Shown here one piece after another: positions 21,492 through 31,278 of a stretch of 64,000 bases of DNA. A model generated the notes under the pieces. That model was given only the letters and a program-made list of their open reading frames with translations. It was not told the origin of the DNA and did not search any database. The stretch is from contig CAWJSJ010000005.1 in the NCBI GenBank assembly GCA_963845565.1, positions 160,001 through 224,000 on the forward strand. The letters are read 5' to 3'. This stretch comes from an uncultured Methylomirabilota bacterium (lineage in GTDB: Bacteria > Methylomirabilota > Methylomirabilia > Methylomirabilales > 2-02-FULL-66-22). Position 1 is the first letter of the stretch, and each line of letters starts with the position of its first letter. The position numbers and the translations under genes were made by a program.

Positions 21492-22574
21492 TCAACGAAA
21501 GATCGCGACGAGGTCGGCCGTTGTGTCGGTGTCCTCGGCGAGGCCGATCAGATTGACGAGGACGTAGTCGGGAAGTCGCATGCCCTCGCGGTTCGCCGCG
21601 TCCTGCCGCTCCCACTCCATCTCGCCGGGCAGGTAGATTCGCCCGCCTGCAGTCTTGGGCGCGCCCTTGATCTCTCGGATCATGGCATCCATCCGGGCCT
21701 TGAAGGTTGCCATGGTCATCATGGCGCCCACATTGATGGCTACAAAGGCGTGCCCCTGATCGGCTCGGTCCGGTATGTCGAAAAGCCAGCACTTCACGCC
21801 GCTGAGAACCGCAGCCCCCGTGACGATGGCGGTCAGCGTCTCGACCAGAACCGCCAATCCGTACCCCTTGTGTCCGGCCATGGGCAGGAGCGCGCCGTGT
21901 TCAGGATACCGGGACGGGTTGTCGGTGGGCACCCCATGCTCATCCACCAACCACTTGTCGGGCAGCGTTTTTCCCAGGGCCTTCGCAGCCAGGATCTTCG
22001 TCACCGCCACCGAGCTGGTGGCGATGTCCAGGAAGACCGGGCGCTCGTCGCCGGCCGGGATCGCGTAGGCGATGGGATTCGTTCCCATGATCGGCCCCTT
22101 GCCGCCCGGTACGGTCATCCACGGGTCCGTGTTGGTCATCGCCACGCCGATCATGTCGTGCCGGAGCGCCATTGTAGCGTAGTAACCGGCGGCGCCGAAG
22201 TGGCTGCTTCGGGTCACGCCGACGTAGGCGATGCCCGCCTCTTTCGCCTTTCGCATGGCCGTGTCCATCGCAAAGCTCGCCGTCACGGGTGGCATGGCAT
22301 GACGCCCATCCACCACGGCGAAAGCCGGCCCCTCCCGGAGAATCGTGGGGTGGGCCCTGGCGTCGATCCGACCATCGCGGAGGTTCTTCATCAAGGGCCG
22401 AATCTGTCGAGTCCCATGCGTGTGGACGCCCCAGCTATCCGTGGTGGCTAGCACGCGGGCGGAGACTGCCGCGTCCGCCGCGGACAGACCCGTCTGTTCC
22501 ATGACCTGCGCGCAGTACCGTTCGAGATGATATGGAAACACCCGTTTTGCGAGCAGTTCTTCGGTCTTCAGCAT
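21492..22574 (-). CDS. Ldh_2 family oxidoreductase (AllD/YiaK/ComC-like malate/L-lactate dehydrogenase)
   Basis: GVHTHG, SSHFGA, GTNPIA, LDIATS, GHKGYGL, PGE; AAGGA RBS. Confidence 0.9.
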   Translation of the reverse strand: MLKTEELLAKRVFPYHLERYCAQVMEQTGLSAADAAVSARVLATTDSWGVHTHGTRQIRPLMKNLRDGRIDARAHPTILREGPAFAVVDGRHAMPPVTASFAMDTAMRKAKEAGIAYVGVTRSSHFGAAGYYATMALRHDMIGVAMTNTDPWMTVPGGKGPIMGTNPIAYAIPAGDERPVFLDIATSSVAVTKILAAKALGKTLPDKWLVDEHGVPTDNPSRYPEHGALLPMAGHKGYGLAVLVETLTAIVTGAAVLSGVKCWLFDIPDRADQGHAFVAINVGAMMTMATFKARMDAMIREIKGAPKTAGGRIYLPGEMEWERQDAANREGMRLPDYVLVNLIGLAEDTDTTADLVAIFR

Positions 22575-22798
22575 GGTCGTCTCATCCTTTCGTGACTGAG
22601 TCGGGTTCATCCAGGCGGTCGAGCTTGACCGCAAGCACGGCATATCCGAGACCGGCGGGCCACGGAAATATGTCGCGGAATCCCCGGGAATGTCAAGACC
22701 AGCGATCACAGCGATCAAAGAAAGACCTTGACGGCGCCCCGCGCGTGCGCCGAAGATAACCTGAACCTACACTGGACCGCCCGAGCGAAAGGAGAGGC

Positions 22799-24169
22799 GT
22801 GATGAGGAGGCTGGGAGATCTCGAGCCTAGGGCCGAGGAGATTCTGACGCAGGAGCAGGCGGCCTACGAACGAAGCAATCCGAAGTCCAAGGAGGCGTTC
22901 GCGCGGTCCTGCCGCGTCCTGCCGGGCGGGGTCTCCCGCACACTGTGCTACTTCCCACCGTTTCCCTGCCAGACGGCTTCCGGCGATGGCTGCTGGATGA
23001 CCGACCTGGATGGGAATCGGCGATTGGACCTCTTCAACTGCGCCACGACTTTGATTCTGGGTCACCGCCCGGCGATCATGACGAAGGCCGTGGAGGAGCA
23101 ACTTACCCGCGGGACGGCCTTCCAGACGAACTCCGGCCTCGAGACGGTCCTGGCGGAAATGCTCGTCGAGCGTGTGGCCTCGGTGGAGCAGATCCGGTTC
23201 ACCAACAGCGGGAGCGAGGGGACGCAGATGGCGATTCGCGCCGCGCGGGCGTTCACCGGGCGGCCGAAGATCGCCAAGATGGAAGGCGGATATCACGGCT
23301 CGCACGACTGTGTCGAGATCAGCGTGCGCGTTCCGGCGGGCGGCGGCGGGCGGGCCGAGGCGCCGGTGCCCGTGGCGGGGTCGGCCGGGATCACCCAGCG
23401 CGTCCTGGACGACGTCATCATCATCCCCTACAACAACCTTGACGTGGCGCGACGCATCCTGGCGGCGCGCGCGTCCGACCTGGCGTGCGTCATCGTCGAA
23501 CCGATCCTCGGCAGCGTCGGCTTCGTGCCGGCGAAGAGGGAGTTTCTGGTCGGGTTGCGGGAGGAGGCGAAGCGGCTCGGCATCGTGTTCATTCTGGACG
23601 AGGTCCAAAGCTTCCGTCTGGATCGCGGCGGGGCGCAGAAGCTCTTCGGGATCACGCCGGATCTGACCTGTTTCGGGAAGATCATCGGGGGCGGATTTCC
23701 GGTTGGGGCTTTCGGCGGCCGGCGGGACATCATGGCGCTGTTCAACACGGCGACAGGCGGCGGTCTGATTCCGCACGCCGGGACGTTCAACGCCAACCCG
23801 ATAACGATGTCCGCCGGGATCGCCACCATGGAGCAGCTCACCGAACCGGTGTATGCCCGTCTGAACGCCAGAGGCGACCGGCTTCGCGACGCGGTGCAGG
23901 CGCTTGGCGTCCGGTATCAGGTTCCGCTCTACGTGAGCGGGATCGGCTCGATGTTCAAGATTCACTTCAGCGAGGCGCCCGTGCGCTGCTATCGCGATAC
24001 CTTGCAGACGAGCACCCTGCTGCACACCGCCCTGTTCCTGTTCGGCATGAACCGGGGCGTCTTCCTCTCCGAGGGCGGGCGATGCTGCCTGTCCGTTCCG
24101 ATCGGGGATGCAGAAGTAGCCACGTACCTTGGTGTCGTCGAGGAATACCTGGCTGCGCTGACCCGCTGA
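22799..24169 (+). CDS. Class III aminotransferase (glutamate-1-semialdehyde aminomutase-like)
   Basis: RFTNSGSE, GGYHG, DEVQSFR, FGKIIGGGFPVGAFGG, GTFNANP. Confidence 0.9.
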   Translation: MMRRLGDLEPRAEEILTQEQAAYERSNPKSKEAFARSCRVLPGGVSRTLCYFPPFPCQTASGDGCWMTDLDGNRRLDLFNCATTLILGHRPAIMTKAVEEQLTRGTAFQTNSGLETVLAEMLVERVASVEQIRFTNSGSEGTQMAIRAARAFTGRPKIAKMEGGYHGSHDCVEISVRVPAGGGGRAEAPVPVAGSAGITQRVLDDVIIIPYNNLDVARRILAARASDLACVIVEPILGSVGFVPAKREFLVGLREEAKRLGIVFILDEVQSFRLDRGGAQKLFGITPDLTCFGKIIGGGFPVGAFGGRRDIMALFNTATGGGLIPHAGTFNANPITMSAGIATMEQLTEPVYARLNARGDRLRDAVQALGVRYQVPLYVSGIGSMFKIHFSEAPVRCYRDTLQTSTLLHTALFLFGMNRGVFLSEGGRCCLSVPIGDAEVATYLGVVEEYLAALTR

Positions 24170-24436
24170 AGAGGGCGACAGGGATAGCGACAGGGACAGG
24201 GATGGGGATGGGAAACGGGGTCGCTGGCCTACTGTGCCTCACGCCTCACGATTTCTCTCTGCCGTCGCCACTGCGTTCGAAACCACAGACAATTGAGTGC
24301 CGGTAGGCCTGGCGGGCTTTTGCGAAGCGCGTAAGGGCGGTATCATACCTGCGGCTAGAGGTAATCCCTACCAGTCTTGAAACCGTCGGGATCCGGCCGC
24401 TTCGGAAATGGGTTCTACGGAATGAGGAGAGAAGTG

Positions 24437-25822
24437 ATGGCGACAGAAACCCGCTCGCTCGCCGCTGACCTGCGCCGAGTGCTTCCCGCAAAGCAGGTCT
24501 TCGATGGGGTCGAGGACCGGACGCTCTACGCCTACGACGGCACCAGCATCAAGGCCTTGCCGGACGTGATCGCCCAGGTGCGGAACCCCGCCGAGGTGTC
24601 GGCCGTCCTTCGTTTCGCCTCCGACCACGAGGTCCCCGTGGTCCCGCGAGGCGCGGGCACCGGCCTTTCGGGGGGCTCGGTTCCGGCCCAAGGGGGGATC
24701 GCCCTCGTCCTGGCCGGGATGCGCGCCATCAAGGAACTGGATACCGACAGCATGGTCGCAGTGGTGGAGCCGGGCGTCATTACGGGCGTCTTCCAGAAGA
24801 CGGTGGAGGATGCCGGAATGTTCTATCCGCCGGATCCTGCCAGCCTGAATTACTGCACGCTGGGCGGCAATATCGCCGAGAACGCGGGCGGTCCGCACGG
24901 GGTGAAGTACGGGGTGACCAAGGACTACGTCCTGGGGCTGGAAGTGGTGGTACCCAGTGGGGACGTGGTGCGCCTCGGCGGGAAGCAGATCAAGAACGTG
25001 ACCGGGTACAACCTGGTCCAACTCTTCGTCGGATCGGAGGGGACGCTGGGTGTGATCACCGAGGCCACGCTGCGCCTCCTGCCGAAGCCGCCGGCCAAGA
25101 AGGTGATGCTGGCCATCTTCGACCGACTGGATGGCGCGGCGGAGGCGGTGGCGGGGATCATGGCGGGCGGCGTGATCCCGTCCACGCTGGAGATCATGGA
25201 CCAGAAGAGCATCAACTGCGTGGAGGACTATCTGAAGCTCGGCTTACCGCGGGACGCCGAGGCCATTCTCCTCATCGAAGTGGACGGAATGCCGGCGGCC
25301 GTGGAGGCCGAGGCCGAGGTGATCGGCCGGATCTGCCGCGAGAAGGGGGTGCGGAGTTTCCAGGCGGCCAAGGACAAGAAGGAAGAGGAGTCGCTCTGGA
25401 AGGCGCGGCGCTCCATCTCGCCGGCGATCTCGGCGGCTCGCCCCAGCAAGATCGGCGAGGACATCAGCGTGCCGCGGAGCGCCATCCCCGCCATGGTGCG
25501 GGAGATCCAGCGGATCGCCAAGGAATACGATCTGCCCATCGTGATCTTCGGCCACGCGGGGGACGGAAACCTCCACCCGAACATCCTGACCGATCGGCGC
25601 GATCACAAGGAGATGGAGCGGGTCGAGCAGGCCATCGCCGCCATCTTCGAGGCGTCCGTGAAGCTGGGCGGGACGCTGTCCGGCGAGCACGGCATCGGAT
25701 TGAGCAAGCTGCCCTACATGGATTTGGCGGTCTCGAAGCAGACGGTGAAGCTGATGGCCGACATCAAGCGGGCGCTGGATCCAAAGAACATCCTGAATCC
25801 CGGGAAGATCTGGAGGGCGTGA
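24437..25822 (+). CDS. glcD: Second FAD-linked oxidase, GlcD/D-lactate dehydrogenase-like
   Basis: PRGAGTGLSGG, PPDPAS, ENAGGP, GHAGDGNLHP, SGEHGIG. Confidence 0.88.
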   Translation: MATETRSLAADLRRVLPAKQVFDGVEDRTLYAYDGTSIKALPDVIAQVRNPAEVSAVLRFASDHEVPVVPRGAGTGLSGGSVPAQGGIALVLAGMRAIKELDTDSMVAVVEPGVITGVFQKTVEDAGMFYPPDPASLNYCTLGGNIAENAGGPHGVKYGVTKDYVLGLEVVVPSGDVVRLGGKQIKNVTGYNLVQLFVGSEGTLGVITEATLRLLPKPPAKKVMLAIFDRLDGAAEAVAGIMAGGVIPSTLEIMDQKSINCVEDYLKLGLPRDAEAILLIEVDGMPAAVEAEAEVIGRICREKGVRSFQAAKDKKEEESLWKARRSISPAISAARPSKIGEDISVPRSAIPAMVREIQRIAKEYDLPIVIFGHAGDGNLHPNILTDRRDHKEMERVEQAIAAIFEASVKLGGTLSGEHGIGLSKLPYMDLAVSKQTVKLMADIKRALDPKNILNPGKIWRA

Positions 25823-27072
25823 TGGAGTTCGCCGAGATCGCCGCCCTCTTCAAGTGCAACAAGTGCGGCTCCTGCACCTCCGTCTGCCCGCTTTACCAGA
25901 ACACGGTGCACGAGGGGATGGCGGCGCGCGGGAAGGTCGCCTTGCTCGAAGCCGTGGCGGATGGTCGCCTGGAGGCCGGGGAAGCGGTGCGGGCCAAGCT
26001 CGAGGACTGCCTCCTCTGCGGGGCCTGTGCCGCCAACTGTCCGAGCTTCGTGCCGACGACCGACCTGTTTTTGGAGGCGCGGGCCGGCCTCGCCAAGGAG
26101 CTGGGCCTGCCGCTGCCGATCCGGTTGCTCCTCAAGGCGCTCTCGATCCCGGGCGCGCTGGCTGCAGGGACGCCGGGCCTTCACCTCGCTCACCGATTGG
26201 GGTTGCCCCAGCTCGCCGATGGACCCCTGGGCGAGAAGCTTCCGGCGACGATCCGGGCCGCCCTCCGCGCCATGCCGCCGGCGCCGCTGCGGTCTTTCCG
26301 TGCGAAGGCCGGGAAGCTGCCGACCAACGGCGACGGACGCCGCGGAACGGTGGGGTACTTTGCCGGCTGCTTCATGAACTGGGGGTATGCCGACGCGGCC
26401 ATGGCCACGCGGACCATGCTCGTCCGGGGAGGCTTCCGGGTGGAGGCGCCCGAGGTGGCCTGCTGCGGGGTGCCGCACCGGGCCTACGGCGACATCGAGA
26501 CGGCGCGGGACCTGGCCCGCAAGAACATCGCGACGCTGGAGAAGTACGATCACGTCGTCAGCGACTGCGCCTCGTGCGGCGCGGCCCTCAAGGAATACAA
26601 GCATCTCCTGAAAGACGACCCCGAGTACCGCGAGCGGGCCGAACGGCTCGCCGAGCGTGCGGCCGACATCTCGGAGTTTCTGGTCAAGCACGAGTTCCCG
26701 AAGCCGCAGTTCCACGCTCCGCTTCGCGTCACGTACCACGATCCGTGCCATCTGGTCAGAGGCCAGGGCGTCAAGAGCCAGCCGCGCGAGATCTTGAAGA
26801 GCATCCCCGGCGTCGAGTACGTCGAGATGAAAGGCGCCGACGTCTGCTGCGGGGCCGCAGGCTCGTTCTGCGTCACCCACCCCGAACTCTCGGAGGGGGT
26901 CGGCGGGAACAAGGCCGACAGCATCCTGGAGACCAAGGCCGACGTCGTGGTGAGCGGCTGCCCCTCCTGCCTCACCCAGCTCAAGGCCATGCTGGCGGCC
27001 AAGGGCTCGAAGATCAAGGTCATGCACCCCATGGAGCTGCTGGCGGAGAGTTACAAGAAGAACGAACCGTAG
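25819..27072 (+). CDS. glcF: GlcF-like Fe-S subunit
   Basis: CNKCGSCTSVCP, CLLCGACAANCP, CCG domains, YHDPCH. Confidence 0.87.
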   Translation: MMEFAEIAALFKCNKCGSCTSVCPLYQNTVHEGMAARGKVALLEAVADGRLEAGEAVRAKLEDCLLCGACAANCPSFVPTTDLFLEARAGLAKELGLPLPIRLLLKALSIPGALAAGTPGLHLAHRLGLPQLADGPLGEKLPATIRAALRAMPPAPLRSFRAKAGKLPTNGDGRRGTVGYFAGCFMNWGYADAAMATRTMLVRGGFRVEAPEVACCGVPHRAYGDIETARDLARKNIATLEKYDHVVSDCASCGAALKEYKHLLKDDPEYRERAERLAERAADISEFLVKHEFPKPQFHAPLRVTYHDPCHLVRGQGVKSQPREILKSIPGVEYVEMKGADVCCGAAGSFCVTHPELSEGVGGNKADSILETKADVVVSGCPSCLTQLKAMLAAKGSKIKVMHPMELLAESYKKNEP

Positions 27073-27124
27073 CATCTGTGTGCGGCGGCGTATACGTCTG
27101 AGCCGATCTTGGCGACTGGCCTCC

Positions 27125-27366
27125 AGGACGTTTCCGGCGGAAGCGGGGATCACGCCATGATGAAGTACAAGGAGTACATCGCTAAGGTCGAGTTCGACGA
27201 CAGCGCCGGACTGTTCCACGGGGAGGTCGTCAATCTCCGCGACGTGATCACTTTCGCGGGCAAGACGGGCGGCGAACTGCGAAAGGCATTTCGGGACTCC
27301 GTGAACGATTATCTGGAGTTCTGTAAGGCGCGGTCCGGCTTGACAGAGACGACAGGCAAGGAGTAG
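27125..27366 (+). pseudogene. hicB: hicAB remnant: hicA 3' tail (RTFPAEAGITP*) and truncated hicB (27157-27366)
   Basis: MKYKEYIAKVEFDD..FHGEVVNLRDVITF..ELRKAFRDSVNDYLEFC is the HicB N-domain; the DNA-binding C-domain is absent; ATGA overlap with a HicA-like tail. Confidence 0.65.
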
Positions 27367-27415
27367 CTTCGGCCGACAGCGGCGGTTCTCCGAAACAAAT
27401 GCGGAGGGCGGTCGG

Positions 27416-27747
27416 ATGAGGTTGGTCAGGGATTGTCAAAGAAGCTACCGCTCGAAAAGACTCTGGGAAGTTCCAAGCGGCCCTCTCGGGTTACCCACCA
27501 AGAGGGCCGTCGTGTTTTGCTCAGTGCCCCGGTGGCCATACACCATTCCGAGTTTCAGCGCACACAGCCCACGACTTGGGAGGCAGACCAGGACGCGTGG
27601 CGGGCCGCGCTTGAGCGGTTTGTCGAGCGGGGCCGCAAGGGTGGGCCGTTCGGACCGCACCCGGGCTTCGGGTCTCTTTCCACCAAGGAATGGGGCCGAC
27701 TTGTCTGTCTGCACAACGACCACCACCTGCGGCAGTTCGGGGTCTGA
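27416..27747 (+). pseudogene. DUF1569/DinB-like fragment
   Basis: C-terminal HPGFGSLSTKEWGRLVCLHNDHHLRQFGV; N-terminus missing or frameshifted. Confidence 0.6.
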
Positions 27748-27802
27748 TATCCACAACCCAGGCTCGGCGCAGCCGCATTGGGCGCGCTGAAGGAACCACC
27801 TC

Positions 27803-28571
27803 ATGGCGATGAAGCGGAAGGTCGTTCGGTTTGCGTGGGAGAACGAGGATTCCCAGGAAGGTTTTGCGGCGTTGGTTCCGTTTCCGGACGCTCAGGCAAG
27901 CGCCAAGGATGTGGATGTCATCGAGGATTTCGTTGGCCTGAACCCGCCGCTGGATGTCTTGGACGTGGGATGCGGAATCGGCCGCCACGCGATTGAGTTC
28001 GCGCGGCGAGGTTACCGCGTGGTCGGGATCGATATCGCCCAAGGGTTCCTCGCTCAAGCGAAAGAGGCCGCGCTGGACGCTAGTGTTGCCGTGGAGTTTC
28101 GCTTTCAGCCTGCGTCCGCGTTGACCGAGAAGGCCCATTTCGATTTCGTGCTGGCGTACTGGCATGTGATCGGATTCATGAGGGACGAGGAGATCAAGAA
28201 ACATTTCTCGGCCATACAGGCGGCGCTCAAGCCAGGCTGCTCATTCCTCTACGTGTTCCAGGGGCCGCGGTTGGTACCGAGCCGAAAAGGGGAGACGGCG
28301 CAGCCCGTCAGGAGCTGGACGGAGAAGGACGGGAAGTTCATCCTCACCGAAAAATCCATTCAGGATGGCGTTCGAGACGAGTATTGCATCGTCATTGACA
28401 CCGACGGCGGCCGAGATCGTCGAGTACCGGGAGCATCAACGCGCACTCGGCTACACGGAAGTGCTCGACTATCTGCAGGGTGCGGGGTTCACATCGGTGA
28501 AGGCGTACAAGGATTTCGCGAAGAACCCGGCCACACCCGAGGAGTTCTCGATCTTCGTCTGCCAGAAGTGA
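27803..28571 (+). CDS. Class I SAM-dependent methyltransferase; +1 frameshift at ~28405-28412
   Basis: VLDVGCGIGRH, VVGIDI, ALKPG; C-terminus EIVEYREHQRALGY..FVCQK in the shifted frame. Confidence 0.8.
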
Positions 28572-28621
28572 GCGTTCAGCCGGGTTCGATGGGCCGGTGC
28601 GCTGCCATCCTCTAGAACGGA

Positions 28622-29242
28622 TTGACCTCATGGGCGTCACGCAAGACCCAGAACCGCCGCGCTCGACCGCAAACGACCACGTATTTTCTCCAGAGCGAGC
28701 GCCTTGGATTCCGCACGTGGTCGGAGGCGGACATTGAACTGGCAATGGGCCTCTGGGGCGACCCCGAGGTGACCAGACTCATCGGGGGACCTTTCTCCAG
28801 GGAGCAAGTGCAGGAGCGGCTCTCCCGAGAGATCGCGACCATGCAGTCGCACGGCATCCAGTATTGGCCTATATTCCTGCTTGCCACGGGCGAGTATGCT
28901 GGGTGCTGCGGGCTGCGTCCCTACAAGTCGGAGGAGGGGATTTGCGAGATTGGGGTCCACCTGCGGAAGGCCTTTTGGGGCCAAGGGTATGCGCCGGAGG
29001 CGACGCAAACAGCGATGGAGTACGCCTTCCACACTCTCGGAGTGAAGGCGCTCTTCGCGGGGCACAATCCCGGCAACGCGGCCTCTCGGCGGGTCCTGGA
29101 GAAACTGGGCTTTCGGTACACGCACGACGAGTATTATCCCCCGACCGGGCTCGACCATCCCTCGTATCTTCTCACAGTTGAGGCGTATGCTCAGAAGCGC
29201 AGAAAGGAATCCAGGTCTCCGGGATCACGCCCATGTGATTGA
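28622..29242 (+). CDS. RimJ/RimL-type GNAT N-acetyltransferase (start uncertain)
   Basis: SERLGFR, EIGVHLRKAFWGQGYA, NAASRRVLEKLGF. Confidence 0.85.
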   Translation: MTSWASRKTQNRRARPQTTTYFLQSERLGFRTWSEADIELAMGLWGDPEVTRLIGGPFSREQVQERLSREIATMQSHGIQYWPIFLLATGEYAGCCGLRPYKSEEGICEIGVHLRKAFWGQGYAPEATQTAMEYAFHTLGVKALFAGHNPGNAASRRVLEKLGFRYTHDEYYPPTGLDHPSYLLTVEAYAQKRRKESRSPGSRPCD

Positions 29243-29627
29243 CTTCCGGAAAATAGGGAGGCTGCCCGGGGTGCCTGGATTTGAAGAGCGGCAAGAATTC
29301 TGCCTGCCCCCCGACCATCCGACCGAGTTGCCGAGTAATCGTCTATCCCATGTCGACCGCTTTGGCCAGGACCGTCACGGATTCATCTCTCCTGAGGCGG
29401 TGCTCTGCATTAGCTCCAGAGGATAGTGGTCGCCCGGAAGACCAAGCACAGACCGGCGCCGGGCCTGTCACGGAACTGTAACATCGTTCGCCGGGCCTTT
29501 GTGCTAGACTCCTTTCTGATCAAGTAATTCCTCGGGACGGAACGGCTCTGGGCGTGCGCCGGTGGCGGGACTGTGGCGATCCCTTTCGCACGGGACCAGC
29601 GGGGCCATACAGAGGCGTGGAGGCTCC

Positions 29628-31229
29628 ATGAGCGCGAACGAGAAAGAGAAAAAGGACCGTGAGCCCCAAGCCCCCGCACAAGTCGTTGGTGGGGTGGACA
29701 TCGGTTCGAATGCGATCCGGTTGGTCGTGGCCGAGGTGCTGCCGGATGGGAGCATCGAAGTTCTCGAAAACCTGCAGAAGGGTATCCGGCTTGGTCAGGA
29801 CGCATTTCGACGCGGCCGGTTGAGCGGTCCGACGATTCGGGCGGCCGTGGGGATCCTCCGGGAGTTTCGCCGGATCCTGGACACGTATCGGCCGGTGCAC
29901 CTGCGCGCGGTTGCGACCAGCGCGGTGCGTGAAGCCGGCAACAGCGACATGTTCCTCGATCGGGTGCTGATGACCACCGGGTTGGAATTGGAGATCCTGG
30001 ATACGGCGGAGGAGAGTCGGTTGACCGTGGCCGGCGTTCGCCGGCATCTCAGTCCGGAGCTGCGCGCCAAGCGGGGCCTGCTCCTGGTTGCGCATGTCGG
30101 CGGGGGCAGCACGTTGCTCACGGTGCTGTCCCAGGGGGAGATCGTCGAATCCCAGAGCCTGCCTATGGGATCCATCCGCATGCGGGAGGGATTGCTGGGA
30201 GGCGGCGAACCTGCCAACCGGGCCGCGGAGATTCTGCGTCAGCATATCTCGAACGTCCTCGGTGCGACGCAGAGCGGTGTCCCCCTGGATCGCATCGGGA
30301 CGTTCATCGCGATCGGAGGCGACGCGCGGTTCGTGGCCCGGCGGATCGGAAAACCGGTCGGCTCGGAAGGCCTGTTCGTGGTGCCTCGGGGCCCCTTTGA
30401 CAAGCTGGCCCGTCAGTGCGAGCGTCAGACCACCGAAGAGCTTTCCCGGACTTTCGAGCTGGAATTTGCGGACGCTGAAACGCTCAACCCGGCGCTCATG
30501 GTCTACCGGGCGCTGCTTGACTCCACGCAAGCCGCCGAACTGTTCGTCTCGCAGGTGTCCATGCGGAACGGCCTGCTGCTGGACTTGGCCAGTCGGGTCA
30601 CCGGCAAGGAGGACGAGGCACTGGCAAAAGGGATCGTGCGGTCGGCGCAGGCTGTGGCGCGAAAATACCGCGCAGATCGTCGCCACGCCCAGGCCGTGGC
30701 CGATCTGGCGATCCGCCTCTTTGATGAACTGCTGCCGGAACATGGCTTGAACCCGCGCCACCGACTGCTTCTCCGAGTGGCGGCGCTCCTGCACGAGGTC
30801 GGAGGCTTCGTCAGTAACCGCTCCCACCACAAACACAGCTACTACTTGATCGCCAATGCCGAGATTTTCGGCCTGAGCCGCGAGGAACACCTCCTGGTCG
30901 CCCATGCGGCCCGCTACCACCGCCGGGCCGCCCCACAGCCCGCCCATCTGGATTACATGGCTCTGACACGCGACAAGCGCATCGTCGTCAGTAAGCTGGC
31001 GGCCCTCCTGCGGGTCGCGGACGCCTTGGATCGAGCCCACGCCGCGCAGGTGCGGGATTTCCGTTGCGAACGGAACGACGACGAGTTGGTCCTGAGCATC
31101 CCGGGCGTGTCCGATCTCACCCTGGAGCGTCAGGCCGTCCAGCAGAAATCCGATCTGTTCACGGACATCTTCGGATTCAAGATCCGCCTGGAAGAAGAGC
31201 GCGCGGCGGCTGTCGCTCTCCCGGCGTGA
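29628..31229 (+). CDS. ppx: Ppx/GppA phosphatase family protein with HD domain (degenerate catalytic loop)
   Basis: VDIGSNAIRL, VATSAVREA, AALLHEVG, HHKHSYY; GGAGG RBS. Confidence 0.88.
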   Translation: MSANEKEKKDREPQAPAQVVGGVDIGSNAIRLVVAEVLPDGSIEVLENLQKGIRLGQDAFRRGRLSGPTIRAAVGILREFRRILDTYRPVHLRAVATSAVREAGNSDMFLDRVLMTTGLELEILDTAEESRLTVAGVRRHLSPELRAKRGLLLVAHVGGGSTLLTVLSQGEIVESQSLPMGSIRMREGLLGGGEPANRAAEILRQHISNVLGATQSGVPLDRIGTFIAIGGDARFVARRIGKPVGSEGLFVVPRGPFDKLARQCERQTTEELSRTFELEFADAETLNPALMVYRALLDSTQAAELFVSQVSMRNGLLLDLASRVTGKEDEALAKGIVRSAQAVARKYRADRRHAQAVADLAIRLFDELLPEHGLNPRHRLLLRVAALLHEVGGFVSNRSHHKHSYYLIANAEIFGLSREEHLLVAHAARYHRRAAPQPAHLDYMALTRDKRIVVSKLAALLRVADALDRAHAAQVRDFRCERNDDELVLSIPGVSDLTLERQAVQQKSDLFTDIFGFKIRLEEERAAAVALPA

Positions 31230-31278
31230 ATCCATCCCTGGCGCATGCGCGGCACATCGGAGGAAAGCGGAGAATCCC

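Noticed and set aside
22799..24169. Calling the aminotransferase hemL
   Set aside because: The N-terminal substrate motifs are divergent and the context is catabolic; it is better left as a GSA-like class III aminotransferase
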